IMG/VR virus record: IMGVR_UViG_3300033153_006695
Location: 1 to 61,797 of that record
Source of the DNA: a virus
Taxonomy: Duplodnaviria; Caudoviricetes
Strand: one strand, 5' to 3'
Length of the DNA stretch: 61,797 nt
A program made the translations under genes and the position numbers. Below the pieces are notes generated by a model. It was not told the DNA's origin, made no database searches, and was given only the letters and a program-made list of their open reading frames with translations. Positions within the stretch are counted from its first letter, which is position 1, and each line of letters begins with the position of its first letter. This document shows, piece by piece, positions 20,267-30,897 of this stretch.

Positions 20267-20620
20267 TTGATTAATAAAAGGAGAGTGATAAATATGGATT
20301 TATTTGATATTATTAATTGGTTAAAAGAAATATTGATTGAACTTTGTGATTTAGTTATAATTATACTGTTATTATTTCTTGGTTTGATAATATTGTATTT
20401 CGTGATAATGGGAATCAAAGATATAACTAAAAAAGGAGATTATGATAGTATTGATGAAGAATTCAGATTATTCAAAGAGAATACCTTACATTACAACGAA
20501 ACCATTAAGAATGAAATTAGAATTTTGAAAGGAATGATGGCTGGCAAAGTTGGAAGTAAACAAGAGATGAAATTCAGAAAAGAATATTGGATAATTAGAA
20601 AAGAGATGTTTGGAGAGTGA
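20267..20620 (+). CDS. membrane protein
   Basis: Long hydrophobic segment; the start is probably the internal ATG after the RBS. Confidence 0.55.
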   Translation: MINKRRVINMDLFDIINWLKEILIELCDLVIIILLLFLGLIILYFVIMGIKDITKKGDYDSIDEEFRLFKENTLHYNETIKNEIRILKGMMAGKVGSKQEMKFRKEYWIIRKEMFGE

Positions 20621-20868
20621 TAAACATGACAATATTAAATCTGTGGGAACATAATGGATGGGGTGATAGTATTAATTGGTTTAATTTCGCAACAAGAAAA
20701 ATAAACGGTCATCTTCAAGAGCGCATTAAGATTGGAGATGAAATAAGAAGCAAAATGGGAAGCGGTAAAATAGCTAGATTCAAAGTTAAAGAAATAAAAC
20801 AAATGCTTGATCCCTCAGACCAATTCTTCGCAACACTTTCAGATATTGGCTATTTGGAGGGTGCATAA
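20617..20868 (+). CDS. hypothetical protein
   Basis: ORF with RBS. Confidence 0.6.
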   Translation: MINMTILNLWEHNGWGDSINWFNFATRKINGHLQERIKIGDEIRSKMGSGKIARFKVKEIKQMLDPSDQFFATLSDIGYLEGA

Positions 20869-20870
20869 AC

Positions 20871-21137
20871 ATGACAATGAAGACAATAAATGAGATAAGT
20901 ATTCATATTGCAGGATTTGAAGAGGATGGTGAAATCAGTTATGCACCAAGAAAGGCATCTAATTATAAGAAAGAACTAAGACAATCAGCAATAGACGATA
21001 TAAAAGAACTACAAGAAAAAATTAAGAAAGTAGAGATTTGTGATTCTTTTAATTCGATGCCATCAGGAAGCACATATAGAGCGCAAATTGATTATATTCA
21101 AAGGAAATTCAACATAACAGAGGATGATTTGAAATGA
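20871..21137 (+). CDS. MKTL/LRQSAI/FNITEDDLK paralog family protein 4
   Basis: ELRQSAIDDIK, KFNITEDDLK; 36 bp identical to 5856-5891. Confidence 0.7.
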   Translation: MTMKTINEISIHIAGFEEDGEISYAPRKASNYKKELRQSAIDDIKELQEKIKKVEICDSFNSMPSGSTYRAQIDYIQRKFNITEDDLK

Positions 21138-21382
21138 ATGAGTTATTAGAGTTATATATTTCATTGATTATATTGTCAATAGGTATTATACTATCTCTGC
21201 AAAGTAGGATATGAATATAAAAAAATATTCAAAGGATATTTACTATTTATTATTCTTTTCATATATATGATGATATTACAGATTAATTATTTTGTGATAT
21301 ATCATTAATCAAATTCTAAATAATAAATACCACAAAAATAAAAGTCTAAATAATAAGTACTATCCAATATAACTATTTCTCT

Positions 21383-23257
21383 ATGCAGTTTAATCTATCT
21401 AAATTATTCTCTGAAAAACCAACAGGTAAACACGGATATATATCTTCTAAAAACGAAATTAAAGAAACATTCAAAGGCGAAGTTAACGATACACAAATCA
21501 ATTTCCCGAAATCGTTAGGCGCAGTACATCCATTCAGTTTTGAAGCTATGGAGAGCGTATATAAGACAATAGGTGTCATTAACGGCGGGATAAACAAAAT
21601 CACTGATTCGGTAGTTGGCGATTTCTCTTATACTACAAAATCAAAAGAATCAGACCAGATAATAGCTAATTTCATTAAGAATACTAATTTTACTTCCGTT
21701 CTAAGGGAATGGATCAGGGAAGGATTCTCGAAAGGTAACGGGTTCTTAGAATTAGACCTAGAAGGTAAGGGCATACAAGTCTTGAATGCAAATACGATGT
21801 ACGTTGTCCGTGATGATAAGGGAAACGTAACCGGCTATAACCAATGGATAGGCGATTTAAAGAGATATAAAAAAAACAAAAAAGAAGTAAATAACTTCAA
21901 ACCCAGACAGATTGCGCACTTGAGAATAAACAAAATAGCAGGCGAACCATACGGGATAGGCATAATATACCCCAACGAAAGAACAATAGAGAACATGGTA
22001 CTGAATGAACAGGATTTACAGAAACTCATAAGTAGAAAAGCAGGCGCGCCGATTCATGCTGCGGTAGGAATAGAAGGTCAAGCTGTAAATAATGAGTATG
22101 TTGACGCTTTCAAAGATAGCTTGCAGGTAATGAACAACCGCACCGAATGGGTAACTGATTCTAACGTGAAAATGAATGTGATAGACTTCGGACAGATTGG
22201 TAAAAACCTAACTGACGTACTGGATCATGACATGTTATTAGTCGCTTTCGGCATGGAAATACCAATAGTATTATTCGGCGGCGGTAATATCCCTGAAGGA
22301 CTGGCAAAAGCACAGTCTGAGATATTCCAAAGGAAAATGGCAGTAATCCAGGAAGAAATAGAGAGTATAATCGAAGAACATATATTCAAACCATTATTAG
22401 AAGAACACGGGAGTAATGAAGAAGTTGACTTTACATGGAACTTACCTGGCGAAGAGGAGATAAACAACAGGATAGACAGACTAACGAAACTAATCGAGAG
22501 CATGAACACATCAGAACCGCTTAGGAGAATGGCAGAGTTAGAGATAGCTAAATTACTGGACATGGAAGATGCGCATAACTATCTATCGAAACCCGAAAAG
22601 GAAAAACCGGAAGACCAAAATAAAGACCCTAAAAACGACAAATCCCCTAAAGACAACGACAAACCAAAAGAAGATCATCATTTTGAAATGCATAATGTAT
22701 ATACAGAATCAGAACGCGCAGAGACCGGCAAGATGAGCATCAAAGAGTTCTCTAACCTGAAAGAAAACAAGAAAATGACTTATTCTGATTATCTACGAGA
22801 TATAATTACTGTACTGAAAACAGATAAATTCGAGTTCCTAGCAGCAACAAATAGTATCGACATAGCAAACGGCAAACTATCCGGCACACAGATAGAGAAA
22901 TTAAGAGATATATTACAGACAGCATTCAAAGAAAACCAGACAATCAAAGAGATAGAAAAAGAGATAACAGACAAAGTCAACCTGAAAGACGTAAAAAAAG
23001 ACGGGAAAGTAATAGTAAAATCTTCTATCAGACCAAACACAATCGCAAGAACAGAAACAATCAGAGCAGCTAATAAAGGACTGATCAAAACATACAAGAA
23101 AAATGATATTAAAAAAGTCAGATGGCTGGCAGCAGCTTCAGAGCGCACTTGTGAGACATGCAACACACTACACGGTCAGGTATTCGATATAAACACAGTT
23201 AATGCGCCTCCGATTCACCCAAAATGTCGTTGTAGTCTCTTGGCAATAATAACATAA
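21383..23257 (+). CDS. portal protein fused to MuF/SPP1-gp7-like minor head protein
   Basis: Portal-like GNGFLE, HLR...PYG; C-terminal IARTETIRA, W...CETC...HG, PPIHPKCRC. Confidence 0.88.
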   Translation: MQFNLSKLFSEKPTGKHGYISSKNEIKETFKGEVNDTQINFPKSLGAVHPFSFEAMESVYKTIGVINGGINKITDSVVGDFSYTTKSKESDQIIANFIKNTNFTSVLREWIREGFSKGNGFLELDLEGKGIQVLNANTMYVVRDDKGNVTGYNQWIGDLKRYKKNKKEVNNFKPRQIAHLRINKIAGEPYGIGIIYPNERTIENMVLNEQDLQKLISRKAGAPIHAAVGIEGQAVNNEYVDAFKDSLQVMNNRTEWVTDSNVKMNVIDFGQIGKNLTDVLDHDMLLVAFGMEIPIVLFGGGNIPEGLAKAQSEIFQRKMAVIQEEIESIIEEHIFKPLLEEHGSNEEVDFTWNLPGEEEINNRIDRLTKLIESMNTSEPLRRMAELEIAKLLDMEDAHNYLSKPEKEKPEDQNKDPKNDKSPKDNDKPKEDHHFEMHNVYTESERAETGKMSIKEFSNLKENKKMTYSDYLRDIITVLKTDKFEFLAATNSIDIANGKLSGTQIEKLRDILQTAFKENQTIKEIEKEITDKVNLKDVKKDGKVIVKSSIRPNTIARTETIRAANKGLIKTYKKNDIKKVRWLAAASERTCETCNTLHGQVFDINTVNAPPIHPKCRCSLLAIIT

Positions 23258-23266
23258 TGTGATATA

Positions 23267-23422
23267 ATGAAAATCCTAAACAAACCGAAATGTAAAAACT
23301 ATGACCGATGCGGGAACGAAGCCATAACTATAATTAATGGTATGTGGGTATGCGGTGAATGTTTGATACGAGTAAACGAGAAAATCAAAAAACTAAAAGA
23401 GAAAATACTATTGGAAGAATGA
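23267..23422 (+). CDS. small Zn-finger protein (not in ORF track)
   Basis: MKILNKPKCKNYDRC...WVCGEC. Confidence 0.5.
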   Translation: MKILNKPKCKNYDRCGNEAITIINGMWVCGECLIRVNEKIKKLKEKILLEE

Positions 23423-23426
23423 TAAA

Positions 23427-24329
23427 ATGGTCGGAATAGAAGGCACACAAGGAAATGTAACCGGATCGTCTTACAGGGCAGAAGTCACCGAAGATAATAA
23501 ACTGGCTATTTATGCTACGGGTAGTAACGGCGCACCTGTTGATGTAACAATTACAAATGGAACAGAAGATGCTGGTGTTCATGATAATCATCTTAAAGTG
23601 TTGGGCTATCATGAAGCCATCGGTCATGGTGTAACAAATGGAGATATTTCAATTGAAAGTGCTATGGGTAGAGAAACATCTATAGGAACAGGAGCATATA
23701 CAATATTAGAAAAATTCTCTTTCATTCAGCCCGGTGGCGATACTCAAATGTATATACAAAGTACATCTGCAGAAGATGCCGTTGATGGTGATGGCGCAGA
23801 ACAGATAACAATAAAATATTTTAGTTTGGCATGGGGTAATTTAAAAACCGTTCAAGTAGTGCCAAATGGAACAAACCAAATTACATTATCAGTAGATGAC
23901 ATCTATAGAATACATAAAATGTATATCAATAAAGGATCCCCTGCAGTAGGCGATATAACTCTAACAAATGAAGCGGCAGATGTATTATATGGCGAAATAG
24001 CACAATATGATGCATTTATGGAACGATGTATATTCTATATTGGAAATGGTAAACGAATCACATGTACTGAGGTAATATTTGGTTGTTCTACATCCGGCGG
24101 TGTTATTGTACGATTATTTGCATCAGAGGAGGATGATGATGGGAATGTGGTTACACGAGCAAGAATGACGTGGGAGATAGCCGACGATATAATATATATT
24201 CCATTACAGTTATCTGAAACCGTGGAAAATCCAAATAATAAACGAATAGCGATAGGAATAGCATTAAAAGGAAAAGTTGCAAATCAAACCGCAACTGCAA
24301 CATTAAAAGGATATAGTGAAACAATTTGA
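23427..24329 (+). CDS. putative virion structural protein
   Basis: Beta-rich, acidic; located in the head module. Confidence 0.55.
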   Translation: MVGIEGTQGNVTGSSYRAEVTEDNKLAIYATGSNGAPVDVTITNGTEDAGVHDNHLKVLGYHEAIGHGVTNGDISIESAMGRETSIGTGAYTILEKFSFIQPGGDTQMYIQSTSAEDAVDGDGAEQITIKYFSLAWGNLKTVQVVPNGTNQITLSVDDIYRIHKMYINKGSPAVGDITLTNEAADVLYGEIAQYDAFMERCIFYIGNGKRITCTEVIFGCSTSGGVIVRLFASEEDDDGNVVTRARMTWEIADDIIYIPLQLSETVENPNNKRIAIGIALKGKVANQTATATLKGYSETI

Positions 24330-24744
24330 TTATTATGACAAGCAGATACGATTTGGAGATAAACAAGTTCCTTTTCGAGATAAGGGACATAATGAAAGCA
24401 TCAGAAAACATACCGAACAATACCGGGATAAGATTCGACCCGTTTTTGTTTATGCTTTGGAGGGCGAGCAGGAAATGAAACTTGAAAGGAGATATTTAGG
24501 ATTGAAGAATAGAGGATGCTTGATAGACCCGATTACACGACAAAGCGTAGTAACAGCAAAACACACAGGAGATATTGTCTACCCGCTTCAAGGACCCACT
24601 TCAATATCCAATAAATCAGAATACATTACACCATCCAGAGAGCGAACATTAAACCCGACCCAACATTTGAATCTTAACGAAGTCGGCGAGAACAAAAACA
24701 TATTCAAAAGAGTACCAGATTCCAGATATGTGAGGTTAGATTGA
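24316..24744 (+). CDS. hypothetical protein
   Basis: 142-aa ORF in operon. Confidence 0.6.
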   Translation: MKQFDYYDKQIRFGDKQVPFRDKGHNESIRKHTEQYRDKIRPVFVYALEGEQEMKLERRYLGLKNRGCLIDPITRQSVVTAKHTGDIVYPLQGPTSISNKSEYITPSRERTLNPTQHLNLNEVGENKNIFKRVPDSRYVRLD

Positions 24745-24924
24745 ATGGGAGATAAGACATTTCTAACCAGACGAATCACAAACAAGGACATATTCGAGAA
24801 ACTGATGAATATCGAAAAACAGGTAACAAAAACAAACGGGACTGTAAACTGGCATACTAAAGCAATAGGCGGAATATTTGTACTTGTTTGTGGTATAATA
24901 GCGACATTAGGAGGAATGATATGA
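24745..24924 (+). CDS. small coiled-coil + C-terminal TM protein (not in ORF track)
   Basis: ...KQVTKTNGTV followed by a hydrophobic tail. Confidence 0.5.
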   Translation: MGDKTFLTRRITNKDIFEKLMNIEKQVTKTNGTVNWHTKAIGGIFVLVCGIIATLGGMI

Positions 24925-24961
24925 TGCCATGTAAAACTAAGAAAAAAGGAGGTCGAAAGAA

Positions 24962-25888
24962 ATGATTAAGTTCAAGTTTCAAGTACCAATAAAAGAAGTA
25001 AAAGCATTAGAAACTGATGGCGAAGAGACAAAAAACACAGAATTTATGATAGAAGGCACAGCAATTAACGCCATAACAACGTCTAATAACCATAAATTTC
25101 TGGCTGAAGAACTGGAATCGTCAGCAGGTACATTAACAGGTGTTAAATTACTAAAAGATCATCGAAATGAAGTGGATTATATTGTGGGTATAGTAAAAGA
25201 AGGTAAATATCAAAACAATCAAGTCACATTCAGCGCAAAAGTAATCGACAAAAAAGTGCAAGGGATGATAAAAGACGGTAGAGTGGATAGTGTATCTGTT
25301 GGTGCAGATCTACAATCGTTTGAAGAGGACGAAGAAGACGGGTCTTACGTTGCAAGAGGCATTACATTCAGAGAATTAAGTTTAGTCGCTGTAGGTGCAG
25401 ATGAGGGTGCAACATTCGGGATGGCTTTGAGTGAAGCATATAAAATGACTACAGACACAAAAAAAGAGGTGGTTACTATAACCTATAAAGCAGACGAAAA
25501 AGCACCTGATACGGTAACAAAAGAAGAACTAGCCGATACAGTTGCTAAAGCAGTCGCAGAAGCATTAGCTAAAGAAGCAGAAGCCAGAACACTGGCAGAA
25601 GCAGAACAAGCTAAAGTAGACGCAAAGGAAAAAGAAGCAAAAGAGAAAAAAGAAGCCGAAGAAAAGGCAGAAGCCGATAAGACAGCTAAAGAAACAAAAG
25701 AAAAAGCCGAAGCTGAACTAAAAGCGAAAGAAAAGGCAGAAAAAGAAGCTAAAGATAAAGCCGACAAAGAAGCCGCAGAGTCCGAAAAGGACGACGACGA
25801 AGACGACGCAGAAGAAAAATCCGGGTATAAAATAACTGAAAGTACCGGCACACTGAAAGGCGGCGCACTTACAATTGAGAGGGGATGA
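24962..25888 (+). CDS. HK97-type prohead protease with scaffold-like C-terminal tail
   Basis: LLKDH, SVSVG, ELSLVAVGAD; E/K/A-rich coiled coil. Confidence 0.9.
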   Translation: MIKFKFQVPIKEVKALETDGEETKNTEFMIEGTAINAITTSNNHKFLAEELESSAGTLTGVKLLKDHRNEVDYIVGIVKEGKYQNNQVTFSAKVIDKKVQGMIKDGRVDSVSVGADLQSFEEDEEDGSYVARGITFRELSLVAVGADEGATFGMALSEAYKMTTDTKKEVVTITYKADEKAPDTVTKEELADTVAKAVAEALAKEAEARTLAEAEQAKVDAKEKEAKEKKEAEEKAEADKTAKETKEKAEAELKAKEKAEKEAKDKADKEAAESEKDDDEDDAEEKSGYKITESTGTLKGGALTIERG

Positions 25889-26334
25889 AAATGGCAGTAG
25901 GAAACGCATTAGGAGCCGTATGTCTGTTTGACGGTGAAAACCCAAGAACATTTACAGGCAAAGCAAGAGAGACAATTTCAGGCGGTCAGTTTGTATATGT
26001 ATCCGGCGCAGATTCAACAGCACAGGTCGGGTCACAAGCATCAAGTTTCGCAGACGGCGACCTTGAAATAGCAATTAAAGATAAATACGAGATGTGCAAC
26101 GGACTAGCACTAACAAATACCGGAAGTGAAGGACTTGTAACAATCGCAACAAGAGGTAACTTCTTAATCAAAGCAGGCGGCGCTATTTCAGGCGGTCAGT
26201 TACTATGGTCTGAAGAGGATTGCGTACAAGCGATTTCCAGCACAGCAGTAGGCTCAGAGATGATAGGACACATTGGAAGGGCACTGACTAACGCGGGGAG
26301 CGAAGACTATTGTCTTGTCGCTTTGAATCTATAG
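25885..26334 (+). CDS. head decoration / cement protein (putative)
   Basis: Between protease and MCP; G/A-rich with IGRALT motif. Confidence 0.6.
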   Translation: MKMAVGNALGAVCLFDGENPRTFTGKARETISGGQFVYVSGADSTAQVGSQASSFADGDLEIAIKDKYEMCNGLALTNTGSEGLVTIATRGNFLIKAGGAISGGQLLWSEEDCVQAISSTAVGSEMIGHIGRALTNAGSEDYCLVALNL

Positions 26335-26345
26335 AGGTGAAAAAA

Positions 26346-27212
26346 ATGACATTCAACAGAATACAAGAATACATAACAACCGATACCGGCGTAGCAGGAA
26401 CATTACTCATACCGAAAGTTATTGCACCCATACTTCGTGACGAAGTAGACAAACATCTAATTCCAAAGGAACTATGCGCGATGTATTGGTCAGCATCACA
26501 GACTAAGAACTTCGGGTCAAGCTGGAACGTCAACCAAGTAGATCCCGATTCAATGGACATCCGGAAAGTCGGTGAAGGCGCAGAGATACCTATGGACGCA
26601 ATCGATACAGAAACCAGGGAACTAACACCTGTCAAATACGGGGTAGCTATCAGAATCACAAAAGAGATGATGGAAGACTCACAGTTTGATATGTTCCAAA
26701 GGAATATCAAATACGCAGGTAAACGTTTTGCAGAGAAAGAGACTGAACTTATCATAACCGCTCTGAATGCTACAACAAACGCAGTTACCGGCGGCGCTGC
26801 AATCACTATCGCTAATATCGCAGAGGGTATGAACTATCTGGAAAGATACGACTATTCTCCAACTGATATGCTGATAGGTGACGAAGTTCTACAGGATATG
26901 CGAAACATCGATACATTTGTAGAGGCAGACAAGGCAGGCAATACCGAGATGATAAAGACAGGATTCTTAGGGACTCTGTTCGGTATGAAATGCGCTAAGT
27001 TCAGCAGGAACGCAACACCAACACCAGGAACTTACTGCAAGTATGCCTATGTGATCGACAGGAACGAATCTTATACAATCGGCTATAAAAGAGATATAAC
27101 CGTTGAGAACTTCGACCTGCCTACATACGACATGTCTGGCGCAGCTATTACAATGAGGGTAGATGTGAAATACCTGAGAGACTACGCTACATGCGAGATA
27201 ACAACAACCTAA
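26346..27212 (+). CDS. major capsid protein (HK97 fold)
   Basis: LLIPK, VGEGAEIP, KYGVAIRITKEMMEDS; position after protease. Confidence 0.9.
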   Translation: MTFNRIQEYITTDTGVAGTLLIPKVIAPILRDEVDKHLIPKELCAMYWSASQTKNFGSSWNVNQVDPDSMDIRKVGEGAEIPMDAIDTETRELTPVKYGVAIRITKEMMEDSQFDMFQRNIKYAGKRFAEKETELIITALNATTNAVTGGAAITIANIAEGMNYLERYDYSPTDMLIGDEVLQDMRNIDTFVEADKAGNTEMIKTGFLGTLFGMKCAKFSRNATPTPGTYCKYAYVIDRNESYTIGYKRDITVENFDLPTYDMSGAAITMRVDVKYLRDYATCEITTT

Positions 27213-27220
27213 ATTATATC

Positions 27221-27249
27221 GGGGTGAAATAGCCCCTTTATAACTTTTT
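27221..27249 (+). terminator. GC hairpin plus T-tract after the MCP gene; related hairpin at 27797-27811
   Basis: GGGGTGAAATAGCCCC and GGGGTGAGATTCCCC. Confidence 0.45.
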
Positions 27250-27276
27250 AAAAATATTAAAATGGAGGTCATAATA

Positions 27277-27789
27277 ATGGCACAAGGAATGGTAGACGGA
27301 TTAGGCGGAGAAGAGATAAACCAAGTTGGACCAACATCTTCACAAATAAATGTTACTGGAAGTATATATACTACAAGCAATATAAGCGGTGTGAATATCT
27401 ATGCCACAACATCAGTACATTCAGCAACATTCAGTGGTACGAATATCTATGCACAAACCGCAGTAACCGCAGATAATATCACCGGAGATACAAAGATAAG
27501 CGGCGCAGCAGTCTATTCGGCAGGCGCAGTAACAGGCAGCGAAATAAACAATGCAGACGGATTACTTAGTATGGTGAACGGCGGAGTAGTTGCATGTGCA
27601 GCCGGGAGTAGTGGAACTATAGAATTCGCAACTAATTTCCCTGATACGACCTGGAGTATAGGCTTTGCTACAAGCGGCGCAGCACCATCAGCGACATTAC
27701 CGACAGTAAGCGGTACATTGAACGTGAGCGGTGCATTGATAATAGGTGCAGCAAGTACAAGCTATTACTATACTGCAGTAAGATATTAA
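27277..27789 (+). CDS. putative head fibre / structural protein
   Basis: G/S/T-rich SGxNIY repeats. Confidence 0.55.
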   Translation: MAQGMVDGLGGEEINQVGPTSSQINVTGSIYTTSNISGVNIYATTSVHSATFSGTNIYAQTAVTADNITGDTKISGAAVYSAGAVTGSEINNADGLLSMVNGGVVACAAGSSGTIEFATNFPDTTWSIGFATSGAAPSATLPTVSGTLNVSGALIIGAASTSYYYTAVRY

Positions 27790-27886
27790 TTTATTTGGGG
27801 TGAGATTCCCCTAATTATAATCACATTGGTGTGAGGCTCTCTGACTCTCCGCCAATTAAAAGATAAAATGAAAAGAGGCGATAATA

Positions 27887-28222
27887 ATGGCACAAGGATT
27901 AAGAGACAAACAATATCAATATTACGGTAGTAATAGGAATTTCTACTCTGGATGTTCATTAAGTTCAGGCACAGCTTATTTATACGTGGGTTTTTCAGGC
28001 ACTACTACAGGCTTTGGAACTGCTAGTAATGAACTATCACAAAGAATAGCGATTGCAACTTCAGGTACAAGTAATGCAGAATGGAGTTATAGAGGCACTG
28101 GCACATTCCCGGACGGCGCTATTTATGGTGGTGAATTATTTACATTTGATGGTGTAAATCATAGCGGGCTATGGCTAAGAACGAAAACAGATAATTCGGC
28201 AATTCGTGTATGGGGGTGGTGA
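27887..28222 (+). CDS. putative structural protein
   Basis: G/S/T-rich; RBS present. Confidence 0.55.
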   Translation: MAQGLRDKQYQYYGSNRNFYSGCSLSSGTAYLYVGFSGTTTGFGTASNELSQRIAIATSGTSNAEWSYRGTGTFPDGAIYGGELFTFDGVNHSGLWLRTKTDNSAIRVWGW

Positions 28223-28410
28223 TATATGAGCCACTTTGACACCAACAAAATAGTAAGTAACGGTCAGCTAACAGCCATCGATGACGGTACTAATATTACA
28301 TTCGGATTCAACGGAACAGATTATTTCAGGGTTGTCAAAAGTACAGGCAACTTTCAGGCATTAGGCGGGTTTGATTCTGCTTGGGGCGGAGAATAAAAAA
28401 GGTGATTATT

Positions 28411-30897
28411 ATGAATATTAAATCATGGATAGCGTTTATAGTGTTTTTGGGTATTATTTCTGCTTGTGTGCAGTCTTATACTACATCTAATTTTGGCAAT
28501 GCGAATTTCAAAGGTGCTGTTAATGCAAGTAATACTAGCAGTACATTTAGCAGTGAAAGTATAAAAGACCCGCCTAGCGCGCCTGCTGTTGGATATTGTA
28601 TTTCTCATTTTAATGATAATTTCTCTAGTGTTACTGTTGATTATTTCCCGTTTAACGGCGCTAATTTCCTTGAATCTATCGATATGATGGGCTTTACTTT
28701 GAGTAATGGAACAATACAAGCTACTAATCTTTCTGATGGTACTATGCAGTGTATTGATGGGGATTGTACTGGTGTTGATGACATGAACTCGACATCTGTT
28801 AATACGGATTCAATCGGCTCTTTGAGCGGGGCGGGAATCACGTGGGCAGATTCGCAGGATGCAGATGGAAAGAATTTAACATCTCTTGGATACACAGAAG
28901 TAGGCAATGGGGGTAATAATAGAGATTTATTATTGTTTGATACGTCAAGGAATTGGAAATTTTTAACTACAGGTACAGGAGGTAATACAGATTTACAATT
29001 ACAAAGTCTAACTGATTCTAAATATTTTAGGATTAAATCACAATCGGGATATGATATGCTGAATGTAAAAGCAAAGGATACAGGAGGAGAGTTAAATATT
29101 AATGTTTCCACAACCATATATGATACAAATTTAGATTTGCGCAGTACCTCTACGACATATCCACAAATTAATCTTAGAAGTGGTCGTGGTGAAGATGCCA
29201 ATGGTGGCGTGAATAGAAGCGCTATATCTTTATGGAGTCATGAAGATGATGCTGTGTTCAATTCAGATTATTCATTTCGTGGATTATCAATAGAGGTTCA
29301 CGCTGATTCTGCAACGCAACCCCATCATGTGACATTTTATTCTGCATTAACTGATGAAGGTTCTGGCTATGGTGGCAAGGCGATACAATGGCAATGGGGT
29401 AATGATTCTAATGGTAGATTCATGTTAATGGATTTGAATCGGATTGAATTTCCAGAAAACTATAAAGGATGGAATAATGAGACACAATATAATGCTATTG
29501 AATCCAAAAACGAAACACTATATATTATTGTAGATTCTGATGATGATTCAACTATAAATGAACTAATAGTGTTTTCCAGAGATGATTATACGTCAACAGG
29601 TAAGTTTATAATGAATTTTACTGGAGGGAAAGATGCACTATATGGTAATTTGCCCTTATTTGTGAGTACAAGAGTTGCAAGTGTTGGACAATCCGCTATG
29701 GAGTTTTATACAAATACAAATACCCTTGGAATGCAGATGAAGGGCGATGGTAAGATGTACTTTCCCGCGGGTGCAGATATGCTTAATAAGCCCATTCAGA
29801 ATATCGGCGCAGCAGGCACAGACTTCACAGCAACAGGCGGATTGAACTTAGCTGATGACATGAACTCGACATCTGTTAATACGGATTCAATCGGCTCTTT
29901 GAGCGGGTCTGGAATCTCGTGGTTAGATTCGCAGGATGGGAATAATAATGATTTGTATGATATCCGCACATTAAATGCAACAAACATGTCTCTTGTAGGC
30001 AAGAACGGTATTATAGAAATGAGAGATTGGATGGATTATGGAAAAGATATTAATTTCAAACCAAACACTTCAGAGGGCTATGGTAGAATACAATTCTATC
30101 CTGAAGGCAATTCCTTACCAGATATTATTCTTCAAGTACATAATTCATCATGGATTGATGGAAGTTCACATCAACACATTCAACTCTATACTACAAATTC
30201 AACAGGCGATACAATCACCCGTTTTGCTATTCCATACAAGGTAGATATTGCGAACTGGGAAATCAAGGATAGTAATGTTATGATTTTGGGGCAATATAGG
30301 TTTCTAAGATTTGATGATGAAGAAGCGTCACCACACAAATACAATATAGGTATCTTAACAAATGGAAAGGGCATAATTATTCGTGCTGTTGATGCAGTAA
30401 GTGATGCTGAACTGGGGTTTGGAACTCAAAACTCATCAGGATATGATATATTTTATGTTGATAATAATGGCGATGTAACAATTACGGGAGATATAGATGT
30501 CAATAGCAATAGTATAGCCGAAGTAGGAAGTTTAAGTTTTGATAATGACTATCCTTACATTCAAACTGATGCAGGCGCAAATGCAAAGTTTCAATTAACT
30601 TCAAAAAAAAATACACCAGGGGATGGGTTTACATTTATAACTTATAATACTTCAAGTTCGCAGATACAAAGATTAGGTATTACGGCATGGGCAGATACCG
30701 CAGATATTGATATTACATATGCTAATTTAGATTTAAACGGTAACACAATAAAGAATGCAGGCAATGTAACATCATCATTTGTATTTAGTAATGCTGGCGC
30801 ACAAGTGAATCATACGATGATTTCATCAGATGGTACTGTTGGATGTTGCGGGATGGGAAATGATTTATCGTATTCGTGTGTTGCGGGTGCATGTTAA
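28411..30897 (+). CDS. large fibre/adhesin-like protein with N-terminal signal/TM segment
   Basis: Hydrophobic N-terminus, fibre-like repeats (LDLNGNTIKN), many N-x-S/T sequons. Confidence 0.65.
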   Translation: MNIKSWIAFIVFLGIISACVQSYTTSNFGNANFKGAVNASNTSSTFSSESIKDPPSAPAVGYCISHFNDNFSSVTVDYFPFNGANFLESIDMMGFTLSNGTIQATNLSDGTMQCIDGDCTGVDDMNSTSVNTDSIGSLSGAGITWADSQDADGKNLTSLGYTEVGNGGNNRDLLLFDTSRNWKFLTTGTGGNTDLQLQSLTDSKYFRIKSQSGYDMLNVKAKDTGGELNINVSTTIYDTNLDLRSTSTTYPQINLRSGRGEDANGGVNRSAISLWSHEDDAVFNSDYSFRGLSIEVHADSATQPHHVTFYSALTDEGSGYGGKAIQWQWGNDSNGRFMLMDLNRIEFPENYKGWNNETQYNAIESKNETLYIIVDSDDDSTINELIVFSRDDYTSTGKFIMNFTGGKDALYGNLPLFVSTRVASVGQSAMEFYTNTNTLGMQMKGDGKMYFPAGADMLNKPIQNIGAAGTDFTATGGLNLADDMNSTSVNTDSIGSLSGSGISWLDSQDGNNNDLYDIRTLNATNMSLVGKNGIIEMRDWMDYGKDINFKPNTSEGYGRIQFYPEGNSLPDIILQVHNSSWIDGSSHQHIQLYTTNSTGDTITRFAIPYKVDIANWEIKDSNVMILGQYRFLRFDDEEASPHKYNIGILTNGKGIIIRAVDAVSDAELGFGTQNSSGYDIFYVDNNGDVTITGDIDVNSNSIAEVGSLSFDNDYPYIQTDAGANAKFQLTSKKNTPGDGFTFITYNTSSSQIQRLGITAWADTADIDITYANLDLNGNTIKNAGNVTSSFVFSNAGAQVNHTMISSDGTVGCCGMGNDLSYSCVAGAC
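28776..29907 (+). repeat. 55-bp identical direct repeat inside the fibre gene (28776-28830 and 29853-29907)
   Basis: Both copies encode DDMNSTSVNTDSIGSLSG. Confidence 0.9.

Noticed and set aside
21291-21316. Partial match to the putative built-in guide upstream of the portal gene
   Set aside because: Only about 11 nt of AT-rich identity with seed mismatches; expected by chance
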